Assembly: GCF_032191835.1 (NCBI RefSeq) | Contig: NC_083231.1 | Location: forward strand, 38,006,001 to 38,070,000 | Length of the DNA stretch: 64,000 bases | DNA from: Heteronotia binoei | Lineage: Eukaryota | Direction: 5' to 3' | In this document: piece by piece, positions 13,683-23,883 of the stretch | Layout of the letters: every line of letters begins with the position of its first letter | Position numbering within the stretch: position 1 is the first letter of the stretch | Position numbers and translations under genes: made by a program | Notes under the pieces: model-generated | Database searches by the model: none | What the model was told of the DNA's origin: nothing | The model's input: only the letters and a program-made list of their open reading frames with translations

Positions 13683-14022
13683 TATTTATTTATTTGGGAT
13701 TTATATCCCGCCCTTCCCACGAATGGCTCAGGGCGGCTTCCAACAATTAATCAAACTTAAAATTTAAACAATTTCAAATATAAAACAATTGAATATTTAA
13801 ACAGTTAAAAACATTAAAAACAGAGTAATTCAGTTTCCTGTAAACAGATGGCTGTCCAGTTACCTCAAGTTGTTATCTTAGCTAAATATAGGCTAGGTAT
13901 AGGCTAGCCGGAAGAGGGTCGTCTTACAGGCCCTGCGGAACTGCGCCAAGTCCCGCAGGGCCCTCACCTCTTCCGGCAGCTGATTCCACCATACGGGGGC
14001 CATAACGGAGAAAGCCCTTTCC
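13683..14022 (-). mobile_element. L2-type LINE 3' end inserted in the Gypsy remnant
   Basis: (TTTA)n tail at the left end and CCCTGCGGAACTG..TTCCGGCAGCTGATTCCACC, typical of reversed L2 3' ends. It interrupts the integrase C-terminal region. Confidence 0.55.
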
Positions 14023-14870
14023 CCTTTTTCTGTGCTATCTTAACACATCTCATTTGCCTTCTATTTCTTCTGTATTCTTTCCCTCTGTGAGTCTGCATTA
14101 TATACAAATGTGGTGTTTCTGCAACAGCAACTACTATTGCTGGCTCCATCTGTTTGTCATACTGGTACAGAATCTCCTTCTTTCAGATGCTTAGTAACTG
14201 GGAGCCTTGATCATAATACATTTTCTTTTTGAACTTAGCATTGGTATTGCCTTTTCTGATTATTCCACCCTTTGTGATCTTTGGTAGTAACTGTCTCTTG
14301 GAGTTTGGGAGATTGGATTTCAGTAATCTTCTCATAAATTTCAGAAACACACCTACTATTGGTGTGTTTCTGTAATTCAGCAAGCTCAGACATATATCTT
14401 GATCAGTCTGTTTGCTTTTTTCATTAAGTTTTATACAATCTGTACAAACTTTACTTCCAGACTATTGAAACCTTACTCTTTAGCCAATGTTCCACCCTTC
14501 AATGACATATATTGTATTCCATTATCCAAAATTAATTCCTTGCATATTCCATGCCATGCTAAAATGAATGTTAAAGAGTTCGCCACAGTAGTTGCTCTAG
14601 TCTAGCGTCAGGAAACTATAACTTCTGGATATCTGCTGTAGCAACGAGTTAGTTTGTTCCCAAGTAAACAAGTCAATTCCAATTTGCTGAAATGGCCTGT
14701 TTGGTATTGCTTTTAGTGTCGTTGGTTCTTTGGTGTTTCCTTTTTGGTGTTCTAACCTTGTTGTGTATCCTGACACCATGTCTTGTATCTGAGCATTCAT
14801 CTCAGACCAATATAGTATATCTCTTGCCTTTCTTTTGTACAAGAACGTGCTCATGTGTGTACTCTCTGGA
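14023..14870 (-). pseudogene. Gypsy/Ty3 LTR-retrotransposon integrase remnant
   Basis: Decayed peptides KARDILYW..NAQIQDMV, KEP..IPNRPFQQIGIDLFTW, LNYRNTPI..RRLLKSNLP, YYDQGS, and EPAIVVAVAETP..YRRNRRQ match Gypsy integrase N-terminal, core and C-terminal regions. Multiple stops and frameshifts. Confidence 0.8.
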
Positions 14871-14935
14871 GCATAAGAACATGAGAAGCAATGGAGAAGC
14901 CAATGGCCCATCCAGTCCAACAATCTGTGTCACAT
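14871..14935 (-). mobile_element. CR1 LINE 3' terminus (left piece, split by RTE insertion)
   Basis: CATAAGAACATGAGAAGC..GGCCCATCCAGTCCAACA..CTGTGTCACA continues directly into 18925+ once the RTE is removed; compare the CR1 copy at 23884+. Confidence 0.8.
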
Positions 14936-17900
14936 CTCTCTCTCTCTCTCTCTCGGCTTGGCTTCACGAACGAAGATTTAAGAAGGGTGCAATAGTCCAC
15001 GTCTGCTGCAGGCTCGCTGGTGGCTGACAAGACCAATGCGGGACAGGCAGGTCCGTCCACAGTGGCTGCAGGGAAAAGTCTGATTTAGGGTTGGTGCTGT
15101 AGCAGTGCGATTCTTCCTCAATCTCCTTTTGTCCTCAAGACCAGCTATGCGTGCGTTCTCAAAAGAAGAGACAGCCTGGTGGATGGTGTGCCTCCATGCT
15201 TTGCGATCTGAGGCTAGGTCAGACCACTGGTGATGGTTGATGCGACAGGTGCCAAGGGATTTCTTCAAGGAGTCCTTGTACCTCTTCTTTGGTGCCCCTC
15301 TATTTCGATGGCCGGTGGAGAGTTCGCCATACAGGGCAATCTTGGGAAGGCGGTGGTTTTCAATCCTAGAAATATGCTCTGCCCAGCGCAGCTGCGTCTT
15401 CAACAGCAGTGCCTCGATGCTGGTAACCTCTGCCCGCTTGAGAACTTCAGTGTTGGTCACAAAGTCACTCCAGTGGATGTGAGGATGGTGCAAACGCAGC
15501 GCTGATGAAAGCGCTCAAGGAGTCGCAGGTGATGACGGTATAAAACCCACGATTCGGAGCCGTAGATGAGGGTTGTCATCACAACCGCTTTGTAAACATT
15601 GATCTTTGTGCCTTTTTTCAGATGCTTGTTGCTCCACACTCTTTTGTGCAGTCGGCCAAAGGCACGGTTTGCCTTTGCCAGCCTGTTGTCAATCTCCTTG
15701 TCGATCTTAGCATCTGAGGAGATGATGCACCCCAGGTAGCTAAACTGCTGGACTGTCTTCAGAACTGATTCACCCACAGTGATGCAGGGACAGTGATAAT
15801 CTTCCTGGGGTGCAGGCTGGTGAAGAACTTCTGTCTTCTTCAGACTAACTTCTAGGCCGAATAGCTTGGCAGCCTCTGCAAAGCAGGACGTCATATGCTG
15901 CAGAGCTGATACCGAGTGGGAGACGAGTGCAGCATCATCAGCAAACAGTAGCTCTCGGATGAGTTTTTCCATTGTCTTGGAGTGGGCCTTTAGTCGCCTC
16001 AGGTTGAACAGGCTGCCATCGGTGCGATAGCGGATGTAGACACCATCGTCATCATCTAGATCTACTGTGGCTCTTTGAAGCATCATGCTAAAGAAGATCG
16101 TAAAGAGAGTTGGCGCGAGAACGCAACCTTGCTTTACACCTGTGGCTATTGGGAAGGTCTCCGAGAGGTCGTTGCAGTGTCTGACTTGGCCTTGCTGGTC
16201 TTCGTGTAGCTGGATGATCATGCTGAGGAACCTTGGGGGACATCCTAAACGTTCCAAGATTTGCCACAGGCCTTTCCTGCTAACGGTATCGAAAGCTTTG
16301 GTAAGGTCGACAAAAGTCACATACAGAGCCTTGTTCTGTTCCCTGCATTTCTCTTGGAGCTGCCTGAGAACAAATACCATGTCGGTGGTGCTCCTGTTAG
16401 CTCTGAAGCCGCACTGGCTTTCTGGGAGGAGTTCTCTGCAACGGCGGGCACCAGTCTGTTCAGGAGTATTCTGGCAAGGATTTTGCCTGCGATGGAGAGC
16501 AGGGTTATCCCCCGGTAGTTGGAGCAGTCTGACTTTTCCCCTTTGTTCTTGTATAGGGTGATGATGATTGCATCGCGAAAGTTCTGTGGTAATTTGCCTT
16601 GTTCCCAGCAGGTGACAAGTACTTTGTGAAGTGAGCTATGTAGTACTGTGCCCCCATGCTTCCAGATCTCTGGTGGAATTCCATCAACTCCTGCTGCCTT
16701 GCCACTTTTCAGTTGCTTGATGGCTTTAACAGTCTCTTCTAGAGTGGGGATCTCATCCAACTCTGTTTTCACTGGTTGAAGTGGGGTGAGGTGAATTGCT
16801 GAATCTTGAACTACGCGGTTGGCACTGAAGAGAACCTGAAAATACTCCGACCACCGGTTCAATATGGATGCCTTGTCTGTGAGGAGCACTTGGCCGTCTG
16901 CACTACGCAAGGGACTCTGAGTCTGATATGATGGACCATATACTGCCTTCAGGGCTTTGTAGAACCCTCTTAAATCACCAGTGTCTGCACACAGCTGGGT
17001 TCTCTCAGCAAGCTTGGTCCACCACTCGTTCTGAATGTCTCGAAGCTTGCACTGGAGGTTGCTACATACAGCACGAAAGGTTGCTTTTTTCTCAGGACAG
17101 GAGGGCTGAGCAAGATGTGCTTGGTAGGCAGATCTCTTTTTCGCCAGTAAATCTTGGATCTCTTGATTGTTCTCATCAAACCAGTCCTTGTTCTTCCTTG
17201 TGGAGAACCCGAGGACTTCTTCAGAGATCTGCAGGACGGTAGTTTTTAGGTGTTCCCAGAGTGCTTCTGGAGAAGGGTCTGTGGGGCAACTGGGGTCCTC
17301 AATTCTTGAATGGAGTTTTGCCTGGAAGGCAGCTTTAACTTCAGCTGACTGGAGACTGCCAACCTGAAACTTCCTCCGAGGGATACCTCCTCTCCTGGGT
17401 GTGGGTTTAAAGTGAAGATGGAGATTGCAGCGTACAAGACGATGATCCGTATGACATTCTGCACTGGGCATTACTCGGGTGTGTAAGACATCTCGAAGGT
17501 CTCTCTGGCGCACCAGAATGTAGTCGATAAGGTGCCAGTGCTTGGACCGTGGGTGCATCCAGGTTGTCTTCAGACTGTTCTTCTGCTGGAAGATAGTGTT
17601 GGTGATGGTGAGCTGGTGCTCCATGCAGAATTCTAGCAGGAGGCGCCCGTTGTCATTGCAGTTGCCAATGCCGTGTTTGCCAAGTACTCCTTTCCAGGCT
17701 TCCGACTCTTTACCTATTCTGGCATTGAAGTCGCCAAGGATGATCACCTTGTCCTCTGTAGGGGTCTTCCGTACGAGGTTGTGTAGATCAGCATAGAACT
17801 TGTTCTTTTCTGCAGGATCTGCTTGAAGGGTTGGGGCATACACACTGAAGAGTGTTGCATGCTGCTTGTTTTGAAGTGGGAGGCGCATGGACATGATGCG

Positions 17901-18924
17901 ATCTGAGTGACCTGTTGGCAGGTTTTCGAGTTTGGAGGCAATGGAGTTCCTGACCATGAAGCCAACGCCAGAAAGGCGGCTCTCAGCCTTTGACTTACCC
18001 AACCAGTAGAGGGTATAGCCAGCACCGTGTTCTTGAAGACTACCTTCCTCAGGGAAACGGACCTCACTGAGAGCTGCTATGTCGATATTCAACCTGAGAA
18101 GTTCGTGGGCAACTAGAGCAGAGCGTCGTTCAGGGCGACCACTGTCTACTGTGTCAAGCATGGTTCTGATGTTCCAACACACAAGCTTTAGTCTTTGCAC
18201 ACTTTGTGAGGCAGGTGCATGCCTTTTCTTTGTTGTTATTTTTTGACCGCAAGTAAGGATGCCCGTTGACCGCGGCTAGCCAACAGGGGTGGAGGAGACT
18301 AGCTTTGTTTAGGCCACCTTTTCTAGGCCTCTCTCCGTGTGGAGCAAGCAGTGCTGTCCCTAGATAAGGCTGCTTGGTCGTTCAGGGTGCTGCCGAAAAA
18401 TGCTTTCGTCTCCGGGTTAGCATCAGGCGACCAATACCCTGAACCGCCTACATGCAGGATCGGGACTGCGGCTTCCAGTGGCACCTTCCACCTGCCGTTT
18501 CGCCCCTTGCCCATCGCTGCAGGACTTGATGCATTGTGGGTTGTGTATGTGGATATGCCCTTCAGGCCTGCGCAGAGGAATTTTTTAGGTGAAGCCCAGT
18601 GTGTGCGGTACTGGCTCCACCCTTTCACCTGGGGGTCATCTGCCATGGCCCAGTAAGCCGGGACGCCGGCAGCGAGTCCTCCAGGTGGTAGGTGTTACAT
18701 TAACGAGCTCTATCTGCCCGGGTTTGATGTTAGAGTTTTCCTTCTCTTAGGCTGGCAAGGGGGTGGGCTCCCTCTGGGTATCCTACCCCCCCAGGGAAAG
18801 TGTATGCGCAATACATAGCCTCTCCTCTCCCGGTGTAGTGAATGCCGCGTGGTCACTGTCTGGCTATGACTGGCAGATGGTCACTGCAATGGCCTCTCCT
18901 GCATTACTGCATCCGTAGCAACAC
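14936..18924 (-). mobile_element. Apparently full-length RTE-clade (BovB-like) non-LTR retrotransposon
   Basis: 11-bp TSD CTGTGTCACAT at 14925-14935 and 18925-18935; (GA)n 3' tail; ~700-bp 5' region upstream of the endonuclease domain; single EN+RT ORF. Confidence 0.92.
14978..18200 (-). pseudogene. RTE ORF: APE endonuclease + reverse transcriptase, two 1-bp frameshifts
   Basis: APE motifs CWNIRT, ILGDFNAR, HWHLIDYILV, TDHRLV. RT motifs YRGITLLS, FVDLTKAFD, GVKQGCVLAP, LFADD. C-terminal C2H2 finger CSHC..HQRAC. Frame breaks near 16434 and 15480. Confidence 0.92.
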
Positions 18925-19435
18925 CTGTGTCACATAGTGGCCAAAAAAATTACACACACACACACTGTGGCTAATAGCCACTGATGGACCTCTGCTCCAT
19001 ATTTTTATTTAATCCCCTCTTGAAGCTGTCTATGCTTGTAGCCGCCACCACCTCCCATGGCAGTGAATTCCACATGTTAATCACCCTTTAGGTGAAGAAG
19101 TACTTCCTTTTATCTGTTTTAACCTGACTGCTCAGCAATTTCATCAAATGCCCACGAGTTCTTGTATTGTGAGAAAGGGAGAAAAGTACTTCTCTCTCTA
19201 CTTTCTCCATCCCATGCATAATCTTGTAAACCTCTATCATGTCACCCCACAGTTGACGTTTCTCCAAGCTAAAGAGTCCCAAGCGTTTTAACCTTTCTTC
19301 ATAGGGAAAGTGTTCCAACCCTTTAATCATTCTAGTTGCCCTTTTCTGGACTTTTTCAAATGCTATAATATCCTTTTTGAGGTGCGGTGACCAGAATTGC
19401 ACACAGTATTCCAAATGAGACCGCACCATCGATTT
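18925..19435 (-). mobile_element. 5'-truncated CR1 LINE (main piece)
   Basis: ORF 19088-19429 (VRSHLEYCVQFWSPHLKKD..RATRMIKGLE..KYFFT) is CR1 ORF2 C-terminus and nearly the same as the copy at 23945+. Confidence 0.92.
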
Positions 19436-19800
19436 GTTGCGTTGTTGCAGTGATTTTGGAAAGACAATCTGCTCTCTTCACAGTATAAGACCTTCATCAA
19501 TTGTCAGTTTCTCCTTGACATTCCAGAAATCTTTTATTTTCCATGGCATTTTCAACTTCATTTGGAACCATCCTCTATCATTCCCATTAATTTCTGCCTT
19601 AATTTCCTTCAGGTTCTCCTCAGTTGCTGGATAATATCTTAAGATCATATGAACATGCTTATCTATGTCTTCTTCCTCTCTGGGATTCATGCCTGATATG
19701 CCTATTCTGGACAGTGTGTCTTCTACAGGTATTTCCTCCCCAGGTTTGTATGTGATTTTCTGGTAATATTTTTGTAGACACAAACTCATTCTTTGAGACC
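19436..19800 (-). pseudogene. Gypsy pol remnant (RNase H end / connection region)
   Basis: LQKY..KITYKPGEEIPVEDTLSR and FWNVKEKLTIDEGLIL; joins the integrase piece at 14870 when CR1 and RTE are removed. Confidence 0.8.
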
Positions 19801-20375
19801 TAACTGGTGCCTCAGCTAGTCATTTTGTCATTATGTGTGCTAATGGTTTGTGACCTGTTTCTGCTGTTACAGTTCTGCAATAGATATACTGAAGGAACTT
19901 TTCACATACTGCTACAATTGCAAACATTTCTTTTTCAATTTGTATATAATTGTACTGTGTTGCAGTTAGTGATCATGATGCATATGCCACAGGTTTACCT
20001 TCATTCTTTTAAAATAATTTGTTAATAGAAGAATAAAAAATTGTTAATACAAGAATAAAAAGCTTTGTTTCGCCTCCCTGGGAGGGAGAATTTGTTACAG
20101 AAGTTTGGAGAGCAGTTTTGACTTATGGGAATATAGATTTGACAGTATGCTTAGTATGAATCTTGTCTTCAATTTCTAATTGTACTATTGAATATATCTC
20201 ATTGCTTACTGTGACTTTTGATTTGTATGTGAGGAATCTGATATTGGAATATAACATTGTGAAGAATTTGTGGAGACTTTAATGTATTATTTACTGTGGG
20301 TTTCCTTATCTTGTTATTGATTATCCCCAGGATCCCATGTGTTTGCTTATTAATCCCCAGTTTGGGGCATGGGAT

Positions 20376-20712
20376 CCTCTTGTTTGGAGGTGCTCCCTGC
20401 ACTTCAGGGTTTTCAGAAAATGGAGATCGAATGTCTTCTGGGCATTCCATTACACCCTAAGGAGACTGGTCCATGAGATCCATGAGAATCTCTGGCTCTG
20501 GGAGGTTGTTTTTGAGGCAAATGCACAAAATTTTCAGCATACCTCTTGTTTGGAGGTGCTCCCTGCACTTCAGGGTTTTCAGAAAATGGAGATTGAATGT
20601 CTTCTGGGCATCCCATTACACCCTAAGGAGACTGGTCCATGAGATCCATGAGTATCTCTGGCTCTGGGAGGTTGTTTTTGAGGCAAATGCACAAAATTTT
20701 CAGCATACCTCT
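20376..20712. repeat. Head-to-tail duplication, 2 x 166 bp, inside an interspersed repeat
   Basis: Units start CCTCTTGTTTGGAGG at 20376 and 20542 and differ at only a few positions. Confidence 0.9.
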
Positions 20713-20835
20713 CTTCAACCCCCCCCTCCCGGTTTCAAAAAGATTGGAACAGGGGTTCAATTCTATGAGCCCCAAAAGAAAGTGCCCCATCTTCCATTAT
20801 TTCCAATGAAGGAAGGCATTTGAAAGGAGTGTGTC

Positions 20836-21151
20836 AGTGTTCCCTCTAACCTGAGTTAGTCTGAGCTTGCTCACAGTTTTTTAGCCTCCAGCTCCAGTCT
20901 CAGCACAGGAAGTATGGTCCTGGAGCAGCTAATTTATGCAGTAGCCAAGTCACGTGCTCACAACTTTAATGCCAGAAGCTCACAAGTAGAATTTTTGCCC
21001 GCAAGACTCTACAGAGAGTGCACTGAATGTGGTCCCTTTAAATGTGATGGTCAGAACACCCTTTGGAGTTCAATCATGCTTGTCACAACTTTGCTCCTGA
21101 CTCCACCCCCAAAGTCCCCAGATATTTCCTGAGTAGGACCTGGCAACCCTA
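20836..21151. mobile_element. Adjacent degenerate hAT-type MITEs
   Basis: CAGTGTTCCCTCT...AGAGAGTGCACTG (about 20836-21025), followed by a reversed fragment of the 53460 family ending CTGGCAACCCTA. Confidence 0.5.
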
Positions 21152-22831
21152 GCCACAGGGTATTTGCGTGGTCCTGAATGCCATTTTATTTAGTCTATTT
21201 TATGAATCTGGCCTCTCACAAAGAAATGTGCACATAACATTGTTATGTCATTGACATAACAGTAACTTGTTTATTCAACCATTTTGAACATGATCTTATA
21301 CAGAGAGAGTACTCTACTGCCCCTTTTGGTCAACCAACGAACTGTATCTCTAATATATTCTGTACATTACACATCAATTGCTTGGACAACTGTCGAACTG
21401 CCTTTTCTGAAGTCCATTAGTCAGATAATTGACAACAAAATGCTGAGTTTGATTTATAATGCACAGGAGCAAAACTAGGAATAAAGGTATGGATAATATA
21501 TACTATTTCCATCCTGTACAAAATCTAGACTTACTGGGTTATTTATTTTATTTATTTTTGTAAATTTATAGTTCGTCCAAAATGGGCTCAGAGTGGATTA
21601 CAACACAATAAAACAGTTAAAATCACACAATAAAACAGTTAAGAATTAAGCAGTTAAGAGACTTCCGGAGTTGGAAGATGGCAAATTGACCTGCTTCTTT
21701 TAGGAGGAGCAGACCGGAGCCTTTGTTTTGGACATAGAAGGCAATTCCAATGCCTGCTGCCTACATTTTCCAGTAAGGAAACTGTCTGATACATGCTTGA
21801 AGAATTTTGAGGGGTCTTACTTTGGCTGACGAGGGATCCCAGCGGGGTTCCTTTTCGGCTTTGAAGAGTCCCCGATGAAGAATTGCATTCCATCGTCTAC
21901 AAAGGATCTCCGGAGTCATTAAATTGACATAAATTCACCAAGACTCCAACTTTCTATGGACTACAATAACATCTGAAGGTGAAGTGAATGGTATAAAGAA
22001 GAACAGACTTTCATTAAGGTAAAATATCTTTATCTATCACTCTGGGACTAAAATAAGACTTTTAAAATAAAAGATTTAAGATCTGGAACTAACTGTAAGA
22101 GCATAAAATCAAGAAGTGGAAGGTGGTAAAATTGGAGTTTTTGGAGTTAAAGATAAGCAGAAAAGTGCAGAAAAATAACTGATGTTTGAAAAACCTGTGG
22201 CTTTGAAACCCCCCTCCCCAACATAACAGAGTTTCTGATTCTCAAGATGACACAGGAAGTGATGTTTTATAACTATCGTGGGATTATCAACCATCGAGAA
22301 TGAGACTTCACGGCCAGAGAGTCAGGAAGTAAATATTGAAAGAGGAGAACTTTCTAAGCATCTGGGTCTTCTCTAGAGCCAGAAATCATAGAGAAACATT
22401 GGAAGCCATTAAAGAAGGGTCAAAGGTTTTACATTTTTAAAATTGAACAGGACTTTAAAAAATTATAAAACCGACATGAATCATCACAAAAAGGTAAAAC
22501 AATTTGGACTATATGTTTGAAATTAAATAATAAGGGCTTTTGGAAAAAGGAAAACTTTTTTTAAAAGGGGCTTGGAAAAATCACGGCCGCCATTTTGGAG
22601 AGATTAAGAATTTTAAAAATTAATATCTTGAGCTAAGGAACTCAGAGGACAGCGATTTTGGGCTTGTTGGAAAGGACATGCTCTAATCTATTGAATTCTG
22701 TAATCGGATTGCTGATTGATGAAGTCAACCCAAGAACCCATTATATGCAATGGGAGGACAGTGATGTCTAACCAGAAATTGGGACCAGCCTCCGTGGGAG
22801 AAGGAAAAATGGCCAAACAAGTTCAAGAACA

Positions 22832-23200
22832 TTAGGGTTTGCAGAATCTTTCTGGCTCAAGTGCCGTGTCCTACTGGAGAGAGTTTTTCTTCCAGACGTT
22901 TCGTTCTCGGCTGCGGAGAACATCCTCAGTGGTGTTGCAGCCGGAGCAGGCACTCTGACCTTCTTGGCTGCTGTGCATTGAGTGAGGCCAGGGCTGCTGG
23001 AGAGTTGCTATTTCTAGGCTGGAGGGGGTGTGGTGAAAGGGCAATAGGTTTGTGGATTGTTTGGTGGGGCTTCCTGGAAGGGTAGTGATAAGGAAACTGG
23101 ATGTTGAATGTGACCATTGTTCTGTGTTAATTGCTGGGAGGGTTGGAAGGGGTGTGAAGAAAAGGAAGATGGTTGTTCTGTGCTGATTGTTCTGTGGAAT
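22832..23200 (-). mobile_element. Short Penelope-like element 3'/terminal-repeat fragment
   Basis: 11-bp TSD GTTCAAGAACA (22821-22831 and 23201-23211). Minus strand carries CTGAGGATG..CGAAACGTC, characteristic of Penelope terminal repeats. Confidence 0.7.
22892..22932 (-). ncRNA. Minimal type-I hammerhead ribozyme motif
   Basis: CCA-CUGAGGA-U-GUUCUC(CGCAGCC)GAGAAC-GAAA-CGUC-UGG: conserved core, 6-bp stem II, palindromic ACGU stem III, GUC cleavage triplet, 3-bp stem I. One extra U after A9. Activity untested. Confidence 0.6.
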
Positions 23201-23883
23201 GTTCAAGAACAACTGGATGCTATGGAGGTAAGACTGGTGAAGGTGATGAAGGATCTAATAACTGGAAGTAAGAAGAAACTAACTAAAGAAATAAACTCCA
23301 GTGCTGAGGAAGTCAAGAAAGAGATTAAAAAAGAAATTGATGATCTCAGAAAAGAGCCATAAGCAACAGCACAGAAGACACAGGAAATAGAAGCTAAAGT
23401 TAAGGACTAAGATGCTACTATTAAGAAGATGCAGGAGAATACAATACTACAAGATTGTAAGCTAATGGAAAACATGATTCACTTAAGAGGCGTGCCTGAA
23501 AAAGACCAAGAAGACTTAAAGAAGTACATTTCAACAATCATTGCTGAGTTTATGGGAGATGACCCTGAAGTGATGGGACATTTGTGTGATTATGTTTATA
23601 GGGTCAACTCAGAATTTGCTAGAAAGCACAAGCTACCAAGGGATGTGGTAGTAAAATTTACTACAAGAGACATGGTGGGAAGGATTTTAAGTCAACAATT
23701 TGAAAATCCAATGGTAGTAGAGGAAAGCAGAGTAAGAATAATAAAGGAGCTGCCAAGGAAGGTCATAAGTGACAGAAGACAGTTTAAGAAACTGACAGAC
23801 AAGCTAAGAGAGAAGGGAATAAGATACAGATGGATCTCACCTGAAGGTCTTAGCTTTGAGTATAAAAGACAGAGAATTACAAT

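Noticed and set aside
18200-18924. HDV-like ribozyme at the RTE 5' end (known in some RTE elements)
   Set aside because: I could not build the nested double pseudoknot by eye; a descriptor or covariance-model search is needed.
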